From Patescibacteria group bacterium (GTDB lineage Bacteria > Patescibacteriota > Microgenomatia > Daviesbacterales > UBA10151): 64,000 nucleotides of DNA. Where the stretch lies: assembly GCA_038064895.1 (NCBI GenBank), contig JBBTSA010000010.1, positions 31,725-95,724 on the forward strand. The letters run 5' to 3'. Under the pieces are notes generated by a model, which searched no databases, was not told the DNA's origin, and worked only from the letters and a program-made list of their open reading frames with translations. The translations under genes were made by a program, and so were the position numbers. This document shows positions 55,286 to 64,000 of this stretch, piece after piece (position 1 is the stretch's first letter; each line of letters begins with the position of its first letter).

Positions 55286-55935
55286 TTTAAAAACTTTCTA
55301 CTTTTAAGTGACCCCTCTATCACTCTTTCTACATGATATCGTAATACTTTCTCCAGTTCCAGAGCCTCTTTTTCTTTGATTCCCATCTTCTCAATCTCAT
55401 CCCAGCTCATTTCTTCCAAATATCCCAGTAAACTCCTTAGGTGTGAGCCTATCACACCCCAGGGGTGTGATAGATAGACACCGTAGGGTTTAAAACTTAT
55501 AAAGCCTAAATTAGATAAGATTTTTGCTTCGAATGCCCTGACTAAAACCTGTCTTGGGTTTTTGGATAATCTTTTTAACACCTCTACCAGATGTTCATAT
55601 AAAATTCTGTTGTCCTGATTTTCAGCAGTTAATTTATCAACCAGCTCGATTATATGAAAAGCATAAGTGGATAATGTTAGATCAGATTTTATTTTTTCAA
55701 AATTTTCCAGAGATTCTGCTTCAGTTAAAACAGGCATTCCTTTCCCCTGGTACAAATACATAACCACTCTGTTAAGCAGTTCCACATTGCCAGCCCTCCT
55801 TGAAGTAATTCTTCTTACCCCCTTGGCTAAAACAACAATTTTCCCCCTCTGCAAACTAAATACTGTAAGGATTCTATCTGCCTCCCCAAAATTTCTTCTC
55901 TTTAAAATTATCCCTTCAGTCTTAAACCCTCTCAT
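55270..55935 (-). CDS. recO: DNA repair protein RecO
   Basis: GIILKRRNFGEADRILTVFSLQRGKIVVLAKGVRR is the RecO OB-fold N-terminus. It carries an in-frame copy of the palindromic repeat at 55440-55487. Confidence 0.75.
   Translation of the reverse strand: MRGFKTEGIILKRRNFGEADRILTVFSLQRGKIVVLAKGVRRITSRRAGNVELLNRVVMYLYQGKGMPVLTEAESLENFEKIKSDLTLSTYAFHIIELVDKLTAENQDNRILYEHLVEVLKRLSKNPRQVLVRAFEAKILSNLGFISFKPYGVYLSHPWGVIGSHLRSLLGYLEEMSWDEIEKMGIKEKEALELEKVLRYHVERVIEGSLKSRKFLKWTKN
55440..55487. repeat. Dispersed structured palindromic repeat, copy 4, in frame inside recO
   Basis: GGTGTGA-gcct-a-TCACACCCC-A-GGGGTGTGATAG-ata-GACACCGTAGG. It encodes KPYGVYLSHPWGVIGSHLR in RecO. Confidence 0.7.
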
Positions 55936-55953
55936 GAGGAAAGTTTAGCAGAA

Positions 55954-57858
55954 CTAGAGGTCAAACTTAAACTCTTTATCCCGATCCAGCTTAAAATCAC
56001 CCTTTTGGGAGCCGTTTATTTTTATTTTATAGGTAAAATCTTTGGCTCCGGGTTGTTTTTGGATAAGAAGTTTATACTCACCCTTTGGATTATAAGGAGT
56101 TGTAAATTCTATTTCTACCTTTCTACTATTTTGGGGTCTAACAGTTAAGAATGACTCAAACACGGTTTTCCCAAGATCCTCAATTGTGTTAACGCCTTCC
56201 TCAAAACCTTTCGATGATATTAGCTTACTACCAGATGGAGCATAAAACCTCACATAGTCCCTGTTTATCCCGTTTAACCAAACGCCAAAGGGTTGGGAAT
56301 TTTTATATTCTACTGCGATTTTCTTTTTAACCTTATCTCCTTTAACATCTATTTCTTGAGTTACACTCTGTTCAACATAAAGATTGGATTTTCCTCCCGC
56401 AAAATTGGAGTCATTAATATGAAGGTAATCTCCATCATATTCCTTTAACTCACCGGTCCAATTTAATGTTGACAAAGCATCCTGCAAATTTGCATCATGC
56501 ATATAAAACATTATGTGTTTATGGTTAGCAAGCCTTGCCAAAGTCTCTATCAGAAGTGGTATTTTATCCGTGTCAGAACCCAGTGCACGGGCTAAAATCT
56601 GCTGCATTAATACCCCCAGGATCGCTTTCCTATCTTCTTGACCTTTTGCGGCAATCTCTGCATAAGATTCAAGTTCGTATATAACATTTGGACAATTGCA
56701 TCTTTTATCTATTGCGGCTGAATATGTAGTACCCAAAACATCGATCGGTCCTGTCACCTCAATTAATTCCTCCACTACTTGTGAATCAATATAAATAATG
56801 CCATCAAAAGGCAAACCCTGACCTAAAAGTTGAAACATTCTTTCAAATTCTTTTGCGGCTGTTGGCAAATCAGGAGAAATATTTGAATCTCTCATACTCC
56901 AGGCAGAACGGGTTTTACCGGTAACTTCGGGCAAATATTTAACAATCGGTTCAGGAGGTGTCAGAGGGCAAATCTTTGACTGACATGTTGCAAGAAGTCT
57001 TTCGTCTAATCTATATATATCGTCCGATACGGTTGTGCTTATCTTACCTTTTTCAATATTAAGATGCGCAAATGCTGTTATAAAACCACCTGTGGGACGG
57101 ATTTCCTTATCATTTTGAAAAAGCAAAAGGTATGTTTTAACCGTAGGTTGTCCTAAAGCAGAAGGTGCTTTCTGAAGAGCCGGATAACCCTCATTTGCCG
57201 CAACATCAATCCCAAGTAATATATTTTTGGCTAACTCTGCCGATCTTCTTAACTCAATACCGCCCAAAACTTTAGGATATTTATCCGTTTCAATACTTTG
57301 AACCGATGATGCGGCCTTTCTAAAATGACCTTTCACCTCGTCAAGATGCGACAAAGATTTCTCCAAAATCTTTATTGCCTGGGATACTCTTTCCGGTCCT
57401 GCCAAAGGGGTACCCGAAAAACCCAACTGCTCCTCATATTCTTTAAGGCGGGCAAGTAACTTTTCAGCGGCTGTCAGATCCTCAACAGATGCGGAGACTA
57501 GCCCCTTAACATCTCCGTAATATCCTCCAATAATCGGTACAAACCTTAACCACAACAGGGGAGTTAAGGAAATATTTGTTTTAACAAAAGCATTCTTAAT
57601 ATTAGTAGTTTCTTTTTGTATTTGTCCAAAATTTTGGTTCTGGTATGCGGAAGCCAAAGCCTTGGAAGATTTTTGAAGATCTTTTGCACCAAGATAAGCA
57701 AAAAAAAGCGGAAAAAATATAGCGGAAACTAAAATTACCAGCGCAAAAAATAATTTTTTAGAAGATCTGCGGGATTTTTTTCTACCGTAATAGATTCTAT
57801 TCATTAAACTGCCCCTCTTCCGGAAAATACTGCTGGAATTGTTCGCAGTATGATCCAA
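55954..57858 (-). CDS. Large membrane-anchored extracytoplasmic protein, DUF4012-like, associated with a polysaccharide gene cluster. The real start is possibly M19 at 57804.
   Basis: Basic N-terminus plus a TM helix (LFFALVILVSAIFFPLFFAYL), then about 570 aa extracytoplasmic. It is adjacent to a priming sugar transferase. The DUF4012 assignment is from memory and needs an HMM check. Confidence 0.4.
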   Translation of the reverse strand: MDHTANNSSSIFRKRGSLMNRIYYGRKKSRRSSKKLFFALVILVSAIFFPLFFAYLGAKDLQKSSKALASAYQNQNFGQIQKETTNIKNAFVKTNISLTPLLWLRFVPIIGGYYGDVKGLVSASVEDLTAAEKLLARLKEYEEQLGFSGTPLAGPERVSQAIKILEKSLSHLDEVKGHFRKAASSVQSIETDKYPKVLGGIELRRSAELAKNILLGIDVAANEGYPALQKAPSALGQPTVKTYLLLFQNDKEIRPTGGFITAFAHLNIEKGKISTTVSDDIYRLDERLLATCQSKICPLTPPEPIVKYLPEVTGKTRSAWSMRDSNISPDLPTAAKEFERMFQLLGQGLPFDGIIYIDSQVVEELIEVTGPIDVLGTTYSAAIDKRCNCPNVIYELESYAEIAAKGQEDRKAILGVLMQQILARALGSDTDKIPLLIETLARLANHKHIMFYMHDANLQDALSTLNWTGELKEYDGDYLHINDSNFAGGKSNLYVEQSVTQEIDVKGDKVKKKIAVEYKNSQPFGVWLNGINRDYVRFYAPSGSKLISSKGFEEGVNTIEDLGKTVFESFLTVRPQNSRKVEIEFTTPYNPKGEYKLLIQKQPGAKDFTYKIKINGSQKGDFKLDRDKEFKFDL

Positions 57859-58442
57859 AGGTCATAAAGAATCGATCTTTTTTTAACATATAAAGCATCC
57901 AGCTTAACCCTTTTTTCAAAATTTATTTCGGATCTTCCACTCACCTGCCAAACTCCTGTTACCCCCGGTTTACCTGACAAAATAATCTTAACAAACTTTG
58001 AAGTTTGGGGGAAATTCTTTTGCTGTTGGGAAAGTTCATCGGGATAATAAGCGCGCGGCCCAACTAAACTCATTTCACCTTTTAAAACATTTATAAGTTG
58101 TGGAAGTTCATCAAGAGAATATTTCCTGATAAATTTTCCAAACCCAGTAATACGTGGATCTTTAGTCAGCTTGTAGCTGCTTTTTTTATATTCTTCATAA
58201 AGTTTTTTAAAACTTAGGCCTGTTTTTAAAAGTCTGTGAGCATTAGCAATCATGGAACGAAATTTATACATTTTAAAAAGCTTACCACCCTTACCAACCC
58301 GCATCGGAGTATCTGCAAGTACAGGGCCGGCAGATGTTAATTTTATTAGTATGGCAATGAGTAAAAATAGGGGGAAAAGCATCAACAAACCAAAAATCGC
58401 ACCAATTATATCCAAAAACCTCTTTATAAAATCGTAAAACAT
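57804..58442 (-). CDS. Polyprenyl-phosphate sugar-phosphotransferase (bacterial sugar transferase, WbaP/EpsL C-terminal-domain type)
   Basis: GKGGKLFKMYKFRSM and LDELPQLINVLKGEMSLVGPRA are the signature motifs of PF02397. Confidence 0.85.
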   Translation of the reverse strand: MFYDFIKRFLDIIGAIFGLLMLFPLFLLIAILIKLTSAGPVLADTPMRVGKGGKLFKMYKFRSMIANAHRLLKTGLSFKKLYEEYKKSSYKLTKDPRITGFGKFIRKYSLDELPQLINVLKGEMSLVGPRAYYPDELSQQQKNFPQTSKFVKIILSGKPGVTGVWQVSGRSEINFEKRVKLDALYVKKRSILYDLWIILRTIPAVFSGRGAV

Positions 58443-58449
58443 AATCTAA

Positions 58450-59553
58450 TTAGTATACCAAAGAATCAACAGTTTGTTTAAAGGCTCTATGAAAACTTTC
58501 TTTACTAAAATAAGACGCATGCCTTTTGATTGCTGTTTCCCTAAAATGTTGCGAATCATTTAATCCAATCAATGCGGAAGTCAAACTTTCTACATTTTGC
58601 TTGTTAAATAAGATTCCAGTTTTACCATTAATAACCGTCTCGAGTGCGCCGCCTCCTTTGTAGGCAATCACAGGCTTGCCTAAAGCCTGTGCCTCCAAAG
58701 AGATTATTCCAAAATCTTCTATTCCGGGAATAATCAATGCTCTGCATCCTGCCAAAACTTTTACTACCATCTGGTCATTTAACTCACCAAGAAATTCTAC
58801 ATCACCCTTATCTTCCCCATTTACCCAATCCCCCTTACCAATCACCTTTAAGGAAAAAACTAACCTCTTACATGCTTCAATTGTTAAATCAACCCTTTTA
58901 TATTTGTTAGTTCTAGTCACTACCACAAAGTACCCCCCGTCAAAAGTTTCAATACCTTCAAATCTTTTAAGATCCACAAAGGGGTATACCACTTTTGAAT
59001 CTACTTTATAAACTCTTTTTATCCTTTTTCTTGCATTTTCTGAACCCGCAATAAAATAATCTACTCGATTTTTAGAAACTTGATCATAGATTCTTAATTT
59101 GCTCATAATTGGTTCCAGAATGCCATAATTTTTCTGTTCGGAAAAATGCCATAAAAAGCGTGGGGGAGTATGACAATAACATATATGGACTGTACCGGGT
59201 CTAGTAATTATAGATTTTGCAAATCTTGTAGTTTGAGAAATAACTAAATCGTATCCGTCAAATGAAAATTGCTCAAACGCAATTGGATAAAAAGGAAGTA
59301 GGGTTTTGTAAAGAGATCTCCAACCAGGTATTTTTTGCAGGAAAGAAGTAATAATTTTTTTGTGGACAAAATTATCCTTGAGGATTAAATTGTCTATATC
59401 ATAAACAGATGTATAGATAGGAGCATCCGGAAATATTTCACATATTCCCAAAAGCACTCTTTCCGCCCCACCCCACTGGACTAAATCATCATGTACTATT
59501 GCAACACGCATTTTTGGTATACCTCTAGAGTTTGCTTTGCAAACTTTTCCCAA
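58450..59553 (-). CDS. GT4-family glycosyltransferase
   Basis: GT-B C-terminal motif EDFGIISLEAQALGKPVIAYKGGGALE. Confidence 0.75.
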   Translation of the reverse strand: MGKVCKANSRGIPKMRVAIVHDDLVQWGGAERVLLGICEIFPDAPIYTSVYDIDNLILKDNFVHKKIITSFLQKIPGWRSLYKTLLPFYPIAFEQFSFDGYDLVISQTTRFAKSIITRPGTVHICYCHTPPRFLWHFSEQKNYGILEPIMSKLRIYDQVSKNRVDYFIAGSENARKRIKRVYKVDSKVVYPFVDLKRFEGIETFDGGYFVVVTRTNKYKRVDLTIEACKRLVFSLKVIGKGDWVNGEDKGDVEFLGELNDQMVVKVLAGCRALIIPGIEDFGIISLEAQALGKPVIAYKGGGALETVINGKTGILFNKQNVESLTSALIGLNDSQHFRETAIKRHASYFSKESFHRAFKQTVDSLVY

Positions 59554-60599
59554 CTGAATAATTTTACTCTTTTTTTGCCTTTTTCTATTAATGCTTTTTG
59601 TATCTTTTCTGAGTTTAACACCATATCTATCTTATCTACCATATTCCCCTGATCTTTCGGATCAAAATAAACAGCTGCATTTCCCCCTACTTCTTTTAAA
59701 GAACCGGCATCTGATGAAACAACTGGACAAGAACATACCATCGCCTCAAGTATAGGTATACCGAAACCTTCTTCATACGACGGCATAACAAAGACTTTAG
59801 CATTTTTGTATAAGGAAACTAATTCCTCATCTGTAACTTCTCCTGTATAAATTATTCCTTCAAAATTATTTTCAGATTTTATTTTCTGCCAGAAATAATT
59901 GTTATGTCCCGATAACACAAGTTGCAAATCTTTATTTTTTTCTTTTAGGGCTAAAAAGGATTTTATTAACCCCTCTATATTTTTATGAGGATGTGCATTA
60001 CCTACATAAAAAATATATGGCCTCTCAATTCCGAACTTCTTCATTTTGCGGGTGAAGTGGGTCGTGAACAATTTGTCATCAACTGCTTCAGGAGTTACTG
60101 CTATCTTTCTTTCATCAACTTTCCATTCCCTGATCAATGTTTGCTTTACATATTCCGAAGGAACTAGAATTTTTTTAGAATTAACAACAGAATTTATAAA
60201 AACCTTTTTATAGCCAAATTGTTTGAATCTATACGCAATAGGATCCAGTGTTGTAGCTCTTTTCATTTGAAAATGCTGATGTATTAAATCATGGATTGTT
60301 ACTACAAATTTTCCTTTGTAGAAAATTGGTACATTAAAATGAGGAAAATGCACTATATCCGCTTTTAAATTATTTAGAATTCCGGGTAATTCTATCTGCT
60401 CTTTTACTCCATACCATTTAAAATCAGTCAAAACCTTTTTGAAATTATTATGATACACTAGAGTATCATAGTCTGCCTTTAATTGTAAAATGTAATATTC
60501 ATTATATTTATCCAATGACTGCAGATTTGTTATTAAATTTCTGATATATCTACCTATCCCGGATTCTTTGTACATCCGACCATCAATTACAATCCTCAT
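59496..60599 (-). CDS. GT4-family glycosyltransferase
   Basis: EGFGIPILEAMVCSCPVVSSDAGSLKEVGG. A paralogue of the gene at 28561-29751. Confidence 0.8.
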   Translation of the reverse strand: MRIVIDGRMYKESGIGRYIRNLITNLQSLDKYNEYYILQLKADYDTLVYHNNFKKVLTDFKWYGVKEQIELPGILNNLKADIVHFPHFNVPIFYKGKFVVTIHDLIHQHFQMKRATTLDPIAYRFKQFGYKKVFINSVVNSKKILVPSEYVKQTLIREWKVDERKIAVTPEAVDDKLFTTHFTRKMKKFGIERPYIFYVGNAHPHKNIEGLIKSFLALKEKNKDLQLVLSGHNNYFWQKIKSENNFEGIIYTGEVTDEELVSLYKNAKVFVMPSYEEGFGIPILEAMVCSCPVVSSDAGSLKEVGGNAAVYFDPKDQGNMVDKIDMVLNSEKIQKALIEKGKKRVKLFSWEKFAKQTLEVYQKCVLQ

Positions 60600-60601
60600 A
60601 A

Positions 60602-61828
60602 TTATAATTTTTTTCCCAACTCCTCATAAATATCACTTAACTGTTTGGCAATAGGGTCCCAATCATATTTTTCTTTAACCATGTTTTTTGCGTTTATAGC
60701 AATTCGCTTATAGAGCGTTGCATCATCAAGTAGCTTAAGCGCGGCTTTAGCTATTTCTTCCGGATCATCTCGGATGATAACTTCTACTCCATCTTTTGCA
60801 TCGGTACCGCTTATGCCGATTGATGTTGTCACAACAGGCAGTCCTGATGCAAAACTTTCCAAATTTTTATACCTTGTACCGCCACCGCCATAAATAGGCG
60901 CAACCAAAATAGATGCCTTTTGATAGACTGCTCTAACATCATCTACCTCATCAACTTTTATATCTTTTGATTTAAGATTTGCAAAAAAAGCTTTTGCGTC
61001 TTTCCCTATAATCCAAAGTTTTGCATTCGGCAGTTTTCTTTTAATAGCGGGCCAAACTTTATCTACCAAAACTTGGACCGCTTCTCTGTTTTGTAACCAT
61101 GTAAAATTACCAAGATATAGAATGGTTGGCGCGGATGCTTTCGTTGCTGTTTTTTCCCCGAAGTAATTATTATCTACACCATTTGGAACAATATCAACAT
61201 CTAAACTTGTGGTCTCCGAAAGCATTGTTTTTTTATCCTCTTGGGACATAGCAACTACTTTTCTTGCTTTATTCCAATATCTAAGTTCCCAGTATTTCAT
61301 TTTAAAAACATCCAAATACAAAAGTTGCTTAACTACTGGAAGCTTGAACTCATCCACAAAATGCCTGTAGACTAAATACTCTATTGTCTGTTCAACCAAA
61401 AGAATTGGGATGGAAGTTTGGGGAATATGTGGCATAACATAAAATGTTTCAGCATGAATAAGATCGAAATTCTCATAAGCCAGTTCTTTTTCTATCTCGT
61501 TTTTTTCGCCGCTTGCCCAATTTCTTATTACCAAAAATGGGTAAAAGCTAAAACCAGTCCGCAGTATATTCCCGGGCGTCCAGGGTTTTTCAGATCTTAT
61601 AAATACTTTTACTTCCTTACAAAATTTTTCAAGTTCCCCGACATATCTTCTTTCCAAAACATTTTTAACAAGACAAAAAAGAGTAATCTCATGATTTAGT
61701 GCAGCTAATCTTTTTATTAAATTGTAGGATCTTGTTTGACCTCCCGTAAGAAGAGGGTAAGGCAGGTATGGAGTCAGCATTAAAACCCTCATAAGAAAAC
61801 TAGGGCTCCTTATCCCCTTTGTCGTCAA
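60602..61828 (-). CDS. GT4-family glycosyltransferase
   Basis: GGGGTRYKNLESFASGLPVVTTSIGISGTDAKDG. Confidence 0.75.
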   Translation of the reverse strand: MTTKGIRSPSFLMRVLMLTPYLPYPLLTGGQTRSYNLIKRLAALNHEITLFCLVKNVLERRYVGELEKFCKEVKVFIRSEKPWTPGNILRTGFSFYPFLVIRNWASGEKNEIEKELAYENFDLIHAETFYVMPHIPQTSIPILLVEQTIEYLVYRHFVDEFKLPVVKQLLYLDVFKMKYWELRYWNKARKVVAMSQEDKKTMLSETTSLDVDIVPNGVDNNYFGEKTATKASAPTILYLGNFTWLQNREAVQVLVDKVWPAIKRKLPNAKLWIIGKDAKAFFANLKSKDIKVDEVDDVRAVYQKASILVAPIYGGGGTRYKNLESFASGLPVVTTSIGISGTDAKDGVEVIIRDDPEEIAKAALKLLDDATLYKRIAINAKNMVKEKYDWDPIAKQLSDIYEELGKKL

Positions 61829-63269
61829 ATTTTTCCTTTAATTTTGTAAGGTCCGCTATGACAAATTGGGGATTTTGTTCTAAAATTTCGAAGTGTCGAA
61901 GTACCCAAGAAGTTCTCTCATCATTTGCTGTTGAAATATAATAAGTAACTCCATAGTCTAAAATGAGGTCTTTTACTGAAGCTGGAACCAAAGCCCAGCC
62001 GGGACGGTTTGTCTGGTAAAGAAAAGCCGTATCTCCGTTATATGGTGCTAAAATATAAGCATCTTTCGGTAGTATCTTATCTGCAAATTTACCTGCCTCA
62101 ACTATTGGATAATTATTTATTTGATATAAACCCTTAACTTCCTTCCATCCAAAATAAAATGTTAAAAGAAAAAAGAGTAGTGCCAAAAAAATTGTCCAAA
62201 CTCTTGGAATGAAATCAATCGAACGTCGGAAAAGATAAATAAATCCACAAGAAGTAAAAATTGAGGCAATTGGAACAAAAATTACCTGGTAATAATCATG
62301 TCTTATATTACCCGTTGCAAAAATGGTAATAAATAAAATATGAGACAAAAGCCAAATATGCAAGAAGGAACCGCTTTTTACTTTAATAATAAGCCCTAAG
62401 AGAAAAAGGAATGCACCTGTAACCCCAAGTATCTCACGACCAATTCTTTCAGAAATAATCCACCAAAAAAATGCGGGACGAAATCGGATACCGTCGCTGT
62501 TTAATAACCAGGAAGAGGATGGGATTCCTTCCGGCTGTTGCAAAATCCAAAGCCTCCAAAAAGCAAATGGCAAAAGGCTTAATAATAAAAAGGGGGTAAA
62601 TTTTTTAAAAAAGAAGGATTTGTCTCTTTTTTTATAAACAGAATAAAATAGTGGTAAGAAGAAAAATACTGCCCAAGGCTTTATTAAAAATGCGAAAGCA
62701 GTAAAAATCATCCCCCAAATCCCCCAAATTCCCCTATTCTCCCAGATCCATTTATCTACAAAATAGAGCATTCCTAAACCAAAGAAAATAAAAGTAGGTT
62801 CAGGTAACGTGGTTCTTGAGAAGAATACATTAAACGGTAAAAGGGCAAATATAAAAGCTGCAATTTGTGCTGTAATAATATTTGTATATTTTCTGGCAAT
62901 CAGATAAAGAAAAATTATTGATGCGCTGGAGAATATAACCGAAACTAAACGATGATAAACTTCTGATACTCCAAATATTAAATAAAACGGGTATACTACT
63001 ATATTATATATAGGAAATTCTACAAAACGGAACCTTGCGGGATTTGGTATAGAATTTTCAGCTACACCTGACATATCGTCATACTTTGGTAAAAAGGGAT
63101 TAAATCCCAGCTTTACAAAATTTCTTGTAACAGCTGCCGTATCTGCTTGTCTCCAAGAATGCCAATCAGCAATAGGTGAATCAATTTTATAAAGTCTCAC
63201 CAAAAAACCAAAAAATAAAATTAGTGCCAACCAAAAGTATTGATTTGAAATAATTTTAAAAAATTTCAT
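61800..63269 (-). CDS. GT-C-fold membrane glycosyltransferase (ArnT/PMT-like, GT39/GT83-type)
   Basis: 489 aa with about 11 TM helices. N-terminal loop YKIDSPIADWHSWRQADTAAVTRNF, typical of ArnT/PMT-family enzymes. Confidence 0.55.
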   Translation of the reverse strand: MKFFKIISNQYFWLALILFFGFLVRLYKIDSPIADWHSWRQADTAAVTRNFVKLGFNPFLPKYDDMSGVAENSIPNPARFRFVEFPIYNIVVYPFYLIFGVSEVYHRLVSVIFSSASIIFLYLIARKYTNIITAQIAAFIFALLPFNVFFSRTTLPEPTFIFFGLGMLYFVDKWIWENRGIWGIWGMIFTAFAFLIKPWAVFFFLPLFYSVYKKRDKSFFFKKFTPFLLLSLLPFAFWRLWILQQPEGIPSSSWLLNSDGIRFRPAFFWWIISERIGREILGVTGAFLFLLGLIIKVKSGSFLHIWLLSHILFITIFATGNIRHDYYQVIFVPIASIFTSCGFIYLFRRSIDFIPRVWTIFLALLFFLLTFYFGWKEVKGLYQINNYPIVEAGKFADKILPKDAYILAPYNGDTAFLYQTNRPGWALVPASVKDLILDYGVTYYISTANDERTSWVLRHFEILEQNPQFVIADLTKLKEKFDDKGDKEP

Positions 63270-64000
63270 CTGAAATTTTTAGTTGCAAGGGTCAGTCCTA
63301 AAACCATCCAAAAAAGTGATGCTACCTTGGATGCTTCAAATACGTCAATAAAAAGGCTGTTAAAAAGAAAGGCTAAAATTAAAGATAATACCCCCGCTGA
63401 AAAATATCTTATAAATCCAACGCTTTCTTTATATATTCGCCAAATTCTTTTTGATACAGCAATTAGTACAAGCGCAAACGCCGCTGTGCCAAGAATTCCC
63501 ACTTCCCCCAAAGAGCGGAGTAGATCATTATCCGTTGCTATACCCAATGATGAATATCCTGTACCCAGGAAAGGATTTTTAATAAAAGCTAAAATAGCTC
63601 TTGGCCATTCAATATTTAATCTGATAGAAAATGATCTATAAACCCCAAGTTCGGTTGTATCTACAGGCTCACCAGGAGTGATATCTGTAGGGAGAGCAGA
63701 TCCGGATGCAAAAGTAGATGTTTGAGCTGATGTACTTGATGTTTTTATTGCTAAGGTAGGTATATTTAGCTTTGCTCTTTTCTTCTGATCATCTGTTTTA
63801 CCCTGATAGCTATCCCACTGTTTAAGGAGATTAACGGTAACTGTTGAAACCAGTCTGTTTCTTAGGTTAGATGGATAGATTAAAATTACCAAAAGAATAA
63901 TAAAAAGAAGCAGCAAAAATTTCTTTTTACCTGTTAGAAGAAGTGCCGTTATAATACCAAAGATTGCTGCCACAAAAGATACCCTTGCTGATGTCATAAC
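63266..64000 (-). CDS. O-antigen ligase-like (Wzy_C) membrane protein. Partial: the N-terminus probably lies beyond the window end.
   Basis: The C-terminal region WPRAILAFIKNPFLGTGYSSLGIATDNDLLRSLGEVGILG is typical of Wzy_C. Only about 243 aa are visible. Confidence 0.55.
   Translation of the reverse strand, partial: VMTSARVSFVAAIFGIITALLLTGKKKFLLLLFIILLVILIYPSNLRNRLVSTVTVNLLKQWDSYQGKTDDQKKRAKLNIPTLAIKTSSTSAQTSTFASGSALPTDITPGEPVDTTELGVYRSFSIRLNIEWPRAILAFIKNPFLGTGYSSLGIATDNDLLRSLGEVGILGTAAFALVLIAVSKRIWRIYKESVGFIRYFSAGVLSLILAFLFNSLFIDVFEASKVASLFWMVLGLTLATKNFR

Overview
This 64 kb window is a low-GC bacterial genome fragment with the gene content and reduced Mur/dcw enzymes typical of a Patescibacteria (CPR)-like organism. 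Three gene blocks account for most of it.

- **Housekeeping and cell-envelope backbone (mostly minus strand).** gatC-gatA-gatB, an HtpX/LemA pair, a 1725-aa PKD-repeat surface protein, and a PolX polymerase. Further along are rpmA/rplU, ileS, glyQS, recO, and a dcw division/wall cluster ordered mraZ-rsmH-ftsL-ftsI-murE-(truncated murB)-murA-murF-mraY-ftsW-murG-ftsQ-ftsA-ftsZ. Two glycosylation/polysaccharide gene blocks are also present.
- **A tRNA-flanked accessory island (about 17.6–26.5 kb).** This is the most interesting region. A tight plus-strand operon encodes two paralogous tandem-repeat proteins, a 1283-aa SNF2-type ATPase fused to a SAM-methyltransferase domain, and a 181-aa protein. 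Three of the four products end in the same C-terminal peptide ([D/E]ANxQLxRLL). A RhuM-family gene and tRNA-Gly follow. I could not match this architecture to a described system.
- **A dispersed structured palindromic repeat.** A roughly 45–55 bp element (core CACACCCC-N-GGGGTGTG ... GACACCGTAG) occurs at least four times. Two copies sit in frame inside murG and recO and encode a similar peptide.

Other features: a GIY-YIG ORF wedged between a truncated tRNA-like copy and an intact tRNA-Asp, a 5' tRNA fragment with twin hairpins next to tRNA-Thr, two toxin–antitoxin pairs, and a truncated MurB. No CRISPR array was seen. All calls rest on reading the sequence and translations by eye; no database searches were run.
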